DNA of 50,352 bases from a virus (lineage: Duplodnaviria; Caudoviricetes): positions 1-50,352 of the IMG/VR virus record IMGVR_UViG_3300048902_000029. One strand, written 5' to 3'. Position numbers and translations under genes: made by a program. Below are positions 1-8,474 of the stretch, in pieces (position 1 is the first letter of the stretch; each line of letters starts with the position of its first letter). The notes under the pieces are model-generated. The model had not been told where the DNA came from. It worked only from the letters and a program-made list of their open reading frames with translations, and ran no database searches.

Positions 1-120
1 ATATGGTAACACATGAATTCTCTCAATTTTCCATTACACCGTAGGGGGCTTGTGCAGCTGCAAGATCCACATTATAATATAGTTATAAGAAAAAAAAAAA
101 AACAGAAACAAACTACAACA
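1..120. repeat. Terminal direct repeat / circular assembly overlap, left copy
   Basis: 1-120 matches 50234-50352 except one base in the poly-A run (A13-CAG vs A14-G). Confidence 0.95.
50..78 (+). promoter_or_regulatory. sigma70/HrdB-type early promoter
   Basis: TTGTGC-17 bp-TATAAT. Confidence 0.65.
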
Positions 121-183
121 TCAACTACTACAGTGTCACTTGATAATCAAACATGTATCACTTCAACTAAGGAGATGAGTCTC

Positions 184-282
184 ATGAACGAGATCGAAAT
201 CGAGATCGATGAATGTGAGTGCGATGACGAGCACTTCTGCAACTCAGTCAATTGTCTCTACACTGACGAGGAGATCGTCTGA
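184..282 (+). CDS. Small acidic Cys/His-rich hypothetical protein (32 aa)
   Basis: AAGGAG RBS at 169-174; MNEIEIEIDECECDDEHFCNSVNC. Confidence 0.6.
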   Translation: MNEIEIEIDECECDDEHFCNSVNCLYTDEEIV

Positions 283-284
283 TC

Positions 285-476
285 ATGATGAACGCTCTCA
301 AGATCAAACAAGAACACATCAACTCTGAGAGACGCAACATCTTTGGATGTAAGACGATCTCTTCAGACTACCAAGACAAGATCATAGATCAAGAAGAGAG
401 AAGGATCAATAAGAGACGAACACTGTGTACTGAATGTAACACTCAGAAGAGTGTGTCTGGATCTTGCTACTGCTAG
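285..476 (+). CDS. Small Zn-finger-like hypothetical protein
   Basis: GAGGAG upstream; C-terminal CxxC...CxC. Confidence 0.6.
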   Translation: MMNALKIKQEHINSERRNIFGCKTISSDYQDKIIDQEERRINKRRTLCTECNTQKSVSGSCYC

Positions 477-480
477 ATGA

Positions 481-517
481 CTAGTATGTAGTGTCTCAGA
501 GAGACACTATGTACTAG
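481..517 (+). terminator. Intergenic stem-loop
   Basis: CTAGTATGTAGTGTCTC-AGA-GAGACACTATGTACTAG, 17 bp stem with two G-U pairs. Confidence 0.55.
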
Positions 518-557
518 ATACCTAGAAGAGCTCTAGGATCTAGATAAGGAGTTCGTC

Positions 558-890
558 ATGAACGAGAACACTGTTGAGACCGTCGGCCAGATCGATCTCT
601 TCACTGGAGAGGTCGTCGAGGAGACGCCTGAGATGGTTCTCGAGGACATCGTCAAGGAGATCGTTGGGGAGAAGTCGGAGTACACGGCCTACTCGATCGC
701 AACGATCATCAACAAGGTGTTCGAGGCCACGCTCACTGACAAGAAGATCCCGACGCAGATGATGTACCAGTACACCAGGAACGGTATGATCGTCAAGGGT
801 AAGAAGGGTGCAGCGTCCGAGATCCGGTACACGGTGGAAGAGGTCAACGCGTTCGTCAACAAGTACACCAGCAAGCACGTCGACATCTGA
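558..890 (+). CDS. Putative HTH (excisionase/MerR-like) DNA-binding protein
   Basis: AAGGAG RBS; YSIATIIN...IPTQMMYQYTRNG pattern. Confidence 0.5.
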   Translation: MNENTVETVGQIDLFTGEVVEETPEMVLEDIVKEIVGEKSEYTAYSIATIINKVFEATLTDKKIPTQMMYQYTRNGMIVKGKKGAASEIRYTVEEVNAFVNKYTSKHVDI

Positions 891-1012
891 TGGGTAGGGG
901 GTCTACGGACCCCCTTACACCCAGGGTAGTTATCCCAGGGGGTATATAGGCTGAGGGTCTATATACCACCCTAGGATACCTAACAAGGGGTATCTAGGAC
1001 TAGGAGGTCATA

Positions 1013-1273
1013 ATGACCGCGTTGACTGACACCTACATCGAGGAGATCGCGAACGGTCGGGTTCCGTCCTTCAACTCCCCGGAACGGATCGGGTACGAGA
1101 AGGAGATGATGGATGGGTACGACTACACCTGGGCCACGCAGAACTGGATGAGGATCCGGAACGAGGTCCAGTCCGAGGTCAAGGCGAAGATCGACATCTG
1201 GGACTGCGTCGACGCGTTCGGGTGGGCGGCACCGGCACTGATGGTGCTGGCAGTACTCTTCCTGGGAAGGTAG
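1013..1273 (+). CDS. Hypothetical protein with C-terminal TM helix
   Basis: AGGAGG RBS; hydrophobic C-terminus. Confidence 0.7.
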   Translation: MTALTDTYIEEIANGRVPSFNSPERIGYEKEMMDGYDYTWATQNWMRIRNEVQSEVKAKIDIWDCVDAFGWAAPALMVLAVLFLGR

Positions 1274-1758
1274 ACGCCAGGGAGTACTGCCTGGGCAGGA
1301 AGCGGAACATTGTGTCTGGGCAGTACTCCACACGGCTTGGGTTTCCCATTGAGGTGCCTCTGGTACAGGGAGTACCTTAGGTATTCGGAAAAGAGGCTGA
1401 TGACTAGTCCAATTACAATTACAGAGCAAGAAGGTGCTGTTTTCTTTAAATCTACGGGTAATTGATATAGAACTAGGGTTGTTTAACAGGGGAAACAAGA
1501 AATTCAGGTGATGGAACAATTGGTCTTATACTATATATAACTAAACCATAATATACTCAAAGACCCAGTAATCTTTCGGAAAACTGAATACGGACATTGG
1601 TTAGAATTTGCTATAGGTTTTGGGGTAATTCACGGGGGGTTTAGACCGATTTTCCGGATAGGTTTACCGTAGCGGATTCTGACACGTGTTCTGTTTTAGG
1701 TAACTCTGAACACGAGTGAGATTCCTTTACGATTAAATCATTGGAGGTTTCGGAACAG

Positions 1759-1787
1759 TTGACTATACTACTTTCGTGTAGTATAAT
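1759..1787 (+). promoter_or_regulatory. Near-consensus sigma70-type promoter
   Basis: TTGACT-17 bp-TATAAT. Confidence 0.8.
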
Positions 1788-1819
1788 TAACGTAAGCAAG
1801 AGGAACAGAGAGGTGCAGT

Positions 1820-2191
1820 GTGAAAACGTTTTCGGTATTCACTACCATGGCGGATCCGCGTCGACCTGGGCTGACGTTCAAGATCGAATTCGAGTCCGAA
1901 GAGAAGCACGACGAGTGGATTCACCAGAAGTTCCTGGCTGATGAACTCAGCAGGATCTGGACGGACGACAGTATCGAAGCGAACACGACAGTCGTGACGG
2001 TTCGAGCCGACGGACGCCACGAAGTGCGCAAGTACCAACTAAGTTGGAACTTGTGTACAAAGGCCCTAGAGACGGCGGATGAGCTGGCTCGAGGGTACCA
2101 CAGAGACGGATCGGGGAGGTACCCGAAGAGGGTGCTGATGCTCACGACCTCGAAGGAACGTCGCGAGGGTCGGAAGGCGTCGACGTACTGA
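1820..2191 (+). CDS. Hypothetical protein
   Basis: GAGGTG RBS, downstream of a promoter, phage-like codon usage. Confidence 0.7.
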   Translation: MKTFSVFTTMADPRRPGLTFKIEFESEEKHDEWIHQKFLADELSRIWTDDSIEANTTVVTVRADGRHEVRKYQLSWNLCTKALETADELARGYHRDGSGRYPKRVLMLTTSKERREGRKASTY

Positions 2192-2215
2192 CAAAAAGAT
2201 TTTTAGTCCGGAAGC

Positions 2216-2245
2216 TTGAAAAGTCCTAAGGACCTGCATTAAAAT
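2216..2245 (+). promoter_or_regulatory. Early promoter, conserved-spacer family copy 1
   Basis: TTGAAA-AGTCCT...(18 bp)-TAAAAT. Confidence 0.7.
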
Positions 2246-2279
2246 TAAAAATAAAAACCACAGCAATTAGGAGGCTGTA

Positions 2280-2669
2280 GTGGCCGTGCAGAGGGACAAA
2301 CAGAAACTGGATCAGAAGGTACGTGAGATTCAGCTCAAGGTGCTGGCACAGAAGCAGCGGACCTTGAAGCGTGGTAACGACTACGTTCCGAACAAGAAGA
2401 AGTCGAAGCCGCTGGGGTACAAGATGCAGAACACGTTCGCCAAGAACCTTCAAGGGGTGCCTGGCGGAACGAGGATTGCGGCGATTTCCGACATGAAGAT
2501 GATCGAAGCCAGGGGCACAGGGACGATCGTTCGCAAAGAGGGAATCGGTGTGCTTCGATCGGCGAGGAACGCGAACACGACGCAAGGATCGTACTTCACC
2601 TCGATCGTCACGGACGAAAGCGGCCGTGTGGTGTCTGACAGGCAAGGGCGGAAGGGGTTCGGACTGTGA
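2280..2669 (+). CDS. Basic hypothetical protein
   Basis: AGGAGG RBS, GTG start, K/R-rich. Confidence 0.7.
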   Translation: MAVQRDKQKLDQKVREIQLKVLAQKQRTLKRGNDYVPNKKKSKPLGYKMQNTFAKNLQGVPGGTRIAAISDMKMIEARGTGTIVRKEGIGVLRSARNANTTQGSYFTSIVTDESGRVVSDRQGRKGFGL

Positions 2670-2831
2670 GCGAGTATGGGTACACTGCGATCTCGTACCT
2701 GAGTTCAGGGTTGAAGGTCTCGGAGCTGAAGGACGACGGGTACTACGAAGTCACCGACGGCGCCGACACTGTGTGCATTTCGGCTGAGGCTCTGCGGATC
2801 TTGGCCGAGTTCGCCGAGAAGGAGTTCGACG

Positions 2832-2842
<11 letters not shown>
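2666..2842 (+). CDS. Small hypothetical protein (58 aa, not in ORF track)
   Basis: GTGA overlap with the previous stop; MSEYGYTAISYLSSGLKV... Confidence 0.55.
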
Positions 2843-3202
<360 letters not shown>

Positions 3203-3410
3203 AGGCGGAGCAGGAAACCACGTTTACCACGAGGCAACAGATGTTAGCCAGGAACTACGAGATCAAGATCGCTAAGGAACAGGTGCCCACGACGGAGGAG
3301 CACCAAGCGTACCTGAAGCAGTGCGATACAGAGCTCATCGACGCCGGCCTCTAAGATTTCGTTCCTAATCACCCGAAAGGTGGTTGGGTTCGATGTCCGA
3401 GAGGAGGAAC

Positions 3411-3497
3411 ATGAAGGTGTACGCAATAGTCCTAGTCACGCTGGCTGGATTTGGCCTCGTGCTTACATTCGTAGGGATGGTGGCTAATGTCCGATAA
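3411..3497 (+). CDS. Single-TM microprotein (28 aa)
   Basis: GAGGAGG RBS; MKVYAIVLVTLAGFGLVLTFVGMVANVR. Confidence 0.55.
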   Translation: MKVYAIVLVTLAGFGLVLTFVGMVANVR

Positions 3498-3900
3498 CGT
3501 CTACGATCCGAAGGTGAACTACGCCGAGAAGGTACGTGAGCTCGGCATTACAGCCAGCCACAACAAAACCGCCGAGGTATCCCCGGACGCTCAGGGCCGT
3601 GTGGAGTTTCGTAAGGTCGGCAAGCATTTCCTCGGCTACAGAGAGACTTACCTGTTTGTTCGGGAGTACGCTACGCACGCTGAGACGTGGTGGGTTGTGC
3701 AGACCGATCACCCGTCAGATGCGGGGCACGCCTACCTCCGCAACAGTGGCTTCAAGGATCGTGAAGGCCACTGGTGGCTCTGTTGGCACAGCTTCTACGA
3801 CACGAACGAGCGTGCTCACGAGGCCGTAGCTAGAGATGCACAGGAGCGCACGACGGAGTACCACTGGAACGACGAGAACGTCTTCATCGGAGTGCTGTGA
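3487..3900 (+). CDS. Hypothetical protein
   Basis: ORF track, coding-like codon usage. Confidence 0.7.
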   Translation: MSDNVYDPKVNYAEKVRELGITASHNKTAEVSPDAQGRVEFRKVGKHFLGYRETYLFVREYATHAETWWVVQTDHPSDAGHAYLRNSGFKDREGHWWLCWHSFYDTNERAHEAVARDAQERTTEYHWNDENVFIGVL

Positions 3901-4050
3901 AGCACACGATTGCAGTTGTCGAAGACGATGCAGGGTACCAAGCACGTTGTTCCTGTAACAAGTACTACAGCAACTGGCAGACGTATCCAGGAGTAGCAAT
4001 TCAGTTAGGTCGCGTGCACGTTGCACGGGCCGAGAAGAAGGAGCGAAAGC

Positions 4051-4326
4051 GTGAAGAGGATCGAGGAGCTCGCGGCGAAGGTGTCGGGACTGTTTCTGAA
4101 TCACTACGAACCGACGTCGAACACCGCAGTGATCAATGAGGTCATCCGAGAGCTGGATGACCTGGCACGTAAGATCTCGGGTGTAAGAGCCGACCAGCTT
4201 TCCGACGAGGCCCTGGAAGACAAGCCGATCGTTCGCCTGTACTGGGTGACGCGCGCGGAGCTGACCGCGAAGGTGTTCGTGGCTGCTGCCCAGAAGCAGT
4301 CCTACTACCGTGAGGCAGACCTGTGA
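4051..4326 (+). CDS. Hypothetical protein
   Basis: AAGGAG RBS before GTG 4051. Confidence 0.6.
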   Translation: MKRIEELAAKVSGLFLNHYEPTSNTAVINEVIRELDDLARKISGVRADQLSDEALEDKPIVRLYWVTRAELTAKVFVAAAQKQSYYREADL

Positions 4327-5123
4327 CACGATACAAGGGTGAGTTCGAGGTAGCCGTCAAGGACGAAGGTGCTGACAAGGAACTGGAGAAGTTCAAGCAG
4401 CACCTGGAAGGTCTGTTCGGAAAGAACGTTCCTGCACAATCGGGATGGGTAGTTACTCGGAACCCTGAGTACACCAAGGTCGAGGCGACGTATGACTTCA
4501 TGGCACCCAAACCTCCCGATCCTGCGTGGGAGATGATCGTCGAGTGGATCTTCGCACAGGACAAGATGCGCCCCATGTCGACACGTAGTCGGAAGATGAC
4601 TGACGACTTTGGAACCGTCTACTGCTTCGCAACGCTGTACGACGATCGTACCTTCGAGACGAAGTCCAAGTACATGATCAGCTGCTACAAGGATTCGTAC
4701 AGCGGGCAGCTGAAGCTCAAGGTCGACGGACCGTTCGAGGATGCCTCGGATCAGTACTGGATCGAGATGGCTGAGCAGGACAAGGCCAACGGTAACGCTA
4801 TCATCACTGAGGATTGGGTTCACCGTACCGTGCACCCCGACAAACCCAAGAGTAGCCGTGACTACGCTGGCCACGGTGGTTCGGAGTTCGCATTCAGACT
4901 GCATAGTTGGCCGAGGTCACCCTTCTGCGCATCTCTGCGGATGGGTCTTCAGATTAAGGAGGTCGAGTTCGAAGAGGATGGTGACAATCCTCACGGTGTG
5001 TACGAAGTGCTGACCACGCGGAACTGCTGGTACCAAGGTAAGATCCCTGCCAAGCACCGTCACCTGTTCAAGGTGAACGCGAAGATGGTGCAGGGCTTCA
5101 ACCCTACCATCAATCCTGCCTAA
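4323..5123 (+). CDS. Hypothetical protein (266 aa)
   Basis: Long ORF, GTGA coupling. Confidence 0.75.
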   Translation: MTRYKGEFEVAVKDEGADKELEKFKQHLEGLFGKNVPAQSGWVVTRNPEYTKVEATYDFMAPKPPDPAWEMIVEWIFAQDKMRPMSTRSRKMTDDFGTVYCFATLYDDRTFETKSKYMISCYKDSYSGQLKLKVDGPFEDASDQYWIEMAEQDKANGNAIITEDWVHRTVHPDKPKSSRDYAGHGGSEFAFRLHSWPRSPFCASLRMGLQIKEVEFEEDGDNPHGVYEVLTTRNCWYQGKIPAKHRHLFKVNAKMVQGFNPTINPA

Positions 5124-5143
5124 AAGATCTTCAATAAATTCCC

Positions 5144-5173
5144 TTGCAAAGTCCTAGAGGTCCCTTGTATAAT
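5144..5173 (+). promoter_or_regulatory. Early promoter, conserved-spacer family copy 2
   Basis: TTGCAA-AGTCCT...(18 bp)-TATAAT. Confidence 0.7.
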
Positions 5174-5216
5174 TAAGTTATACAGAAAGACTGTGGGGGG
5201 CCTCTAGGAGGGGGTC

Positions 5217-5792
5217 ATGGCGGCGGAGTGGCTGTTACAGTCAACACAGGCTGTAATGTACACGGGCGCTAACAGTGCAGAAGTGCTCACGTGGGTCCAA
5301 GCGACACCTGGATACACGCCAATGAACACTCCTGTGACCATCTTGTCGGAAGTGTCGGGTGTCTTAACAATCCGATGCGTTATGTACTACGGTGCATATG
5401 TCCAGGATGTTGTGATCAACACAGGTGACTGGGTTGTTCAGAGTGAGGGCCCTGGCGCACCGCCCCTAGTCATTGCCGGTGCAGCAGTTGGTAGTAGTGG
5501 ACAGTACCTGAAGAAGGTGAACCTGTCTTCGACTGCTGCATCTGGGATTGGCTACTTCACAGCACTACTGTCGAACACGATCAACGTCGATTGTGTTCTC
5601 CGTCCGACCTACCCTGACCTAGACTACTCGGTAGCTGGCCCACGTGTTATCACGTCGCTTTCAGTTGCGTGGACTGGGACGATCAACTCCGTGACGAACA
5701 TCAGCGGATCGATCGTACGGGTCAGCCTTACGGGATCAGGCATCCTGGCTAGTGGTTGTGTACTGGTAGAGGCAAAACGTTCCAACAGTTAA
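5217..5792 (+). CDS. Beta-rich hypothetical protein, virion/tail-like composition
   Basis: AGGAGG RBS; G/S/T/V-rich, YTGAN...GDWVV and YPDLDYSV motifs. Confidence 0.65.
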   Translation: MAAEWLLQSTQAVMYTGANSAEVLTWVQATPGYTPMNTPVTILSEVSGVLTIRCVMYYGAYVQDVVINTGDWVVQSEGPGAPPLVIAGAAVGSSGQYLKKVNLSSTAASGIGYFTALLSNTINVDCVLRPTYPDLDYSVAGPRVITSLSVAWTGTINSVTNISGSIVRVSLTGSGILASGCVLVEAKRSNS

Positions 5793-5804
5793 TAACTGAA
5801 TAGG

Positions 5805-5871
5805 TCCCCTGCTTACCATGCGTTAAAGGTATGGGAATCTGGTGATGTAGGTTCGAATCCTACCAGGGGCA
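5805..5871 (+). ncRNA. tRNA-like element 1 (acceptor stem and T-arm, non-canonical interior)
   Basis: TCCCCTG/CAGGGGC acceptor; GTAGG-TTCGAAT-CCTAC T-arm. Confidence 0.55.
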
Positions 5872-5897
5872 CGTAGTAACCAATTTAAGGAGGAACG

Positions 5898-6050
5898 ATG
5901 CGTAAGCTGAAGTCCAAGGCCGCCGGTGGCTACAAGGCGCGGAAGCTGAAGAACGGTGGCCAGGACAGGTACGGTCACTTCTCGGCTGGTCGTCAGACGT
6001 CCGCCGACTCCATCGCGGGACGGACCCTCTGGATCCCAGGCGCGAAGTAA
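5898..6050 (+). CDS. Small basic protein (50 aa, not in track)
   Basis: AAGGAGG RBS; MRKLKSKAAGGYKARKLKNGG... Confidence 0.65.
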   Translation: MRKLKSKAAGGYKARKLKNGGQDRYGHFSAGRQTSADSIAGRTLWIPGAK

Positions 6051-6688
6051 TGGATGGGGAAGACGTAACAGGACTAGCGTACACGTTACAGATTGCGGTA
6101 GGTCAGTCTTCAGGTAATCCGAAGGTTGAGTACCTGAAGTTCATTCGTGACGTTGTACTTCCTCGTACTGACAGTGAGTACGTCGTAGCGAGAAGGTACC
6201 CAGAGTTCGGGAAGATTTACAGGAGTAAGATCCAGGAGCTGATCGAACTCGAAGAGTATCAGCCGACCGATCTTGATGTTCTTCCCGGCGACATCGTCTA
6301 CGGCACGTATGGTGCCGACAGTTACATTACACCTTCTGAGGAGAACAGCGTGAAGTCAGCAGAGTGGTACCAGGCAGAGGCCGAGCGGATGCTCGAGATG
6401 GCCAACAAGACCCGAGGGATCCCAACGGAGGACATCTTCGACGAGGGTCGCGTTCTCACCTTCACCAAGACGTGGGGTGGTGAGGCCAAGTACAACTTCG
6501 CCGCGATCAAGATCGAGAACAGCTGGTTCCTCACGGGTTCAGGTCGTCGTGCGGAGAAGATCTACAACTGGAGTGACCTCCTCGGCTTCGTAGGCCTGGA
6601 TGGTCTCGAGACGATCAAGGTCGTCACGGAGAGCGTTCCGCTGAGGGAGTACGCTGATGGCCTCAAGCGAGCCCTCGACAAGGCATGA
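6050..6688 (+). CDS. Hypothetical protein
   Basis: Coupled ORF, 212 aa. Confidence 0.7.
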   Translation: MDGEDVTGLAYTLQIAVGQSSGNPKVEYLKFIRDVVLPRTDSEYVVARRYPEFGKIYRSKIQELIELEEYQPTDLDVLPGDIVYGTYGADSYITPSEENSVKSAEWYQAEAERMLEMANKTRGIPTEDIFDEGRVLTFTKTWGGEAKYNFAAIKIENSWFLTGSGRRAEKIYNWSDLLGFVGLDGLETIKVVTESVPLREYADGLKRALDKA

Positions 6689-6691
6689 GAG

Positions 6692-6925
6692 ATGCCATCC
6701 GCATCGTGGTCGGGACCGCTCTACTCACGGCAGGGTGTCTTGGAGGCTTTGCGCTCTGGCTCTTTGGCTAAGCGTGAACCCATTCTTACCCCAGGAGAAG
6801 CCGACGGATGGTTCGCACTGGACGGTCGTGGAGGTTACGTCGAGTGGGCTCTCGACACCTACGGCGAGAACATCTTCGACAGTACTAATACCGGCTCTAC
6901 AGGCTCAGATAGACAACTGAGGTAG
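6692..6925 (+). CDS. Hypothetical protein
   Basis: ORF track, coding-like. Confidence 0.55.
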   Translation: MPSASWSGPLYSRQGVLEALRSGSLAKREPILTPGEADGWFALDGRGGYVEWALDTYGENIFDSTNTGSTGSDRQLR

Positions 6926-6935
6926 CAATACCTCA

Positions 6936-6981
6936 TCCCCTGCCAATCGGTAGGCAGCCCGTTCGAGTCGGGCCAGGGGAG
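6936..6981 (+). ncRNA. tRNA-like element 2 (acceptor, D-loop and T-arm, no anticodon arm)
   Basis: TCCCCTG/CAGGGGA 7 bp acceptor; CC-AATCGGTA-GG D-loop-like; GCCCG-TTCGAGT-CGGGC T-arm. Confidence 0.6.
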
Positions 6982-6999
6982 CTTCCTAGAGGAGGAACC

Positions 7000-7485
7000 A
7001 TGAAACTAGTCAGTACCCCATTCGCCTTGGGGCGTACGATCGTACTGGTCGGGCTGATCCCTGCAGTGGGACTTGGCTCGCTTTACGGTGTCTCGATGAA
7101 ACCCGTCAACATGCTCCCTGCGGATCAGCCTTCCGCGGAGGTCAACCTCGGTAACTGGAACCAGAACGACGGTCGCGTGTACAAGCCGACCACTCCGGTC
7201 CGTGTTACACCCACTCCTACGCCTCAGCCCAAACTCCACACGACCGAGGTTACCAATGCACCAGCCAACAAGGTTGCAGCTGCCGCGGACGATCCCAGCT
7301 CCGATCCTACCGAGGTGGATACGCGTCCTGTCAACCAGGCTCCTAGGGGACAGGCTGAACCCAAGGGCAACCCGACGCACAAGGGTGAAGAGCCTCCGAA
7401 CCCGTCGCCGACCGGCAGTGGATCTGTCGGACCTACTCAGGAGCCGGGCAGCGTCACCACTCCTCCCAACGTTACCTCAAGTTGA
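7000..7485 (+). CDS. Membrane-anchored or secreted Pro/Thr-rich protein
   Basis: GAGGAGG RBS; N-terminal hydrophobic helix, then a low-complexity P/T/S tail. Confidence 0.7.
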   Translation: MKLVSTPFALGRTIVLVGLIPAVGLGSLYGVSMKPVNMLPADQPSAEVNLGNWNQNDGRVYKPTTPVRVTPTPTPQPKLHTTEVTNAPANKVAAAADDPSSDPTEVDTRPVNQAPRGQAEPKGNPTHKGEEPPNPSPTGSGSVGPTQEPGSVTTPPNVTSS

Positions 7486-7513
7486 CCTACTAAAAATTCT
7501 TTTGTACGACGGC

Positions 7514-7543
7514 TTGAAAAGTCCTGAGAACCTCAGATAAAAT
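7514..7543 (+). promoter_or_regulatory. Early promoter, conserved-spacer family copy 3
   Basis: TTGAAA-AGTCCT...(18 bp)-TAAAAT. Confidence 0.7.
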
Positions 7544-7561
7544 TAGACAAGCGCAAAAAGA

Positions 7562-7855
7562 ATGGAGGAGACGAGGATGCAGGAAGCGTTCAAGAAGATG
7601 TTCGAGAAGGACATCGCGGTCGAGAAGGACGCAGGTGAGGAGCCGAAGGATTGGTACTTCACCTTCGGCTACGACCACCAGACGCCTGAGGGCTCTTCGT
7701 TGAAGAACTGCTACATGGTCTTCAACGGAACGTTCTCCGAGGCTCGGATGCAGATGTTCGAGGTCTGGGGTAACCAGTGGAGTCACCAGTACTTTTCGTC
7801 TGAGGCTGCAGGTGTCGAGAGGTTCAACCTTACGGAGTACAAGGCCAATGCGTGA
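7562..7855 (+). CDS. Conserved-type phage hypothetical protein (WYFTFG...AR..M...G..WS.QY)
   Basis: ORF track; start may be the downstream ATG after GGAGG. Confidence 0.7.
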   Translation: MEETRMQEAFKKMFEKDIAVEKDAGEEPKDWYFTFGYDHQTPEGSSLKNCYMVFNGTFSEARMQMFEVWGNQWSHQYFSSEAAGVERFNLTEYKANA

Positions 7856-8339
7856 GGTTCTCTACGACGTCGAGTGGCAGCGTCTTCGGATCAGTCTTCT
7901 CCAGGCGCGGCGGGATGACGGAGGTTGGTCATCGCTTACGGGCATGCATGACAATCTCCGTCACCTCGACATGTACTTGAACGAGGTGCCAAGCAGTACT
8001 GGTGAGTACGAGCTCAGGAAGTATCGGATCAACAACGCTCTGAACGCTGTGGTCATGGGCTACAACGGTCAAGGGGCTGACGATTCTCTCATCGAGTTCG
8101 TGCGCTCGTTCAGAGTCAACAAGGCTGCAGGTGCTGACTATGGTACAGTCAAGACACGTGCACGCTTCTGGCAATGGGATAGTCAGCTGCGACAGCTGAT
8201 CGAACTGTACAAGGAGGACAAAGAGGAATTCGAGTTTCTGCAGGAGAACTTGCTCGGTCGTTCTAAGAATGGAACGAAGCAGACTCGTCCAGCACTGTAC
8301 AAGTTTCTGGACCTGATGAAGACAGCGTCGAGGACATGA
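7848..8339 (+). CDS. Hypothetical protein
   Basis: ATG overlapping the previous gene end. Confidence 0.7.
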   Translation: MREVLYDVEWQRLRISLLQARRDDGGWSSLTGMHDNLRHLDMYLNEVPSSTGEYELRKYRINNALNAVVMGYNGQGADDSLIEFVRSFRVNKAAGADYGTVKTRARFWQWDSQLRQLIELYKEDKEEFEFLQENLLGRSKNGTKQTRPALYKFLDLMKTASRT

Positions 8340-8416
8340 GCCACTTCGAAGCATTCGTGCTCGGATGCCTGATTGGACTGATTGTCCTGTGGGCATCTTC
8401 AGGGAACAAAAAGTAG
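8336..8416 (+). CDS. Single-TM microprotein (26 aa)
   Basis: ATGA coupling; MSHFEAFVLGCLIGLIVLWASSGNKK. Confidence 0.45.
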   Translation: MSHFEAFVLGCLIGLIVLWASSGNKK

Positions 8417-8439
8417 TAAAAGATCATCGAATGACACCG

Positions 8440-8468
8440 TTGACAATCCACAAGGGATGAGGTAAAAT
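8440..8468 (+). promoter_or_regulatory. Strong promoter, probably giving a leaderless mRNA
   Basis: TTGACA-17 bp-TAAAAT; ATG 8475 lies 6 nt downstream of the -10. Confidence 0.75.
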
Positions 8469-8474
8469 TACATT

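Noticed and set aside
1-120. Terminal repeat as a biological DTR
   Set aside because: The ~120 bp length and the homopolymer discrepancy fit an assembler circular overlap equally well; this cannot be decided without reads.
13-183. N-terminal part of ORF 13..282
   Set aside because: Runs through the promoter and poly-A tract; the RBS supports a start at 184.
980-1519. Minus-strand 179 aa ORF and the many other antisense/shadow ORFs (e.g. 21739-22797, 43150-44184, 45447-46634)
   Set aside because: They overlap well-supported genes on the opposite strand, lack RBSs, and are expected from GC3-biased codon usage.
3366-3400. Third tRNA-like element (GGGTTCGAT) before gene 3411
   Set aside because: There is a hairpin (CCTAATCACC/GGTGGTTGGG), but no paired T-stem or acceptor stem around the TTCGA.
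5805-5871. Functional tRNA-Leu(TAA), bldA-like
   Set aside because: The TAA loop hairpin follows the acceptor directly with no D-arm before it, the loop begins with G, and an alternative D-stem pairing competes. Not a canonical cloverleaf, so it is kept only as a tRNA-like element.
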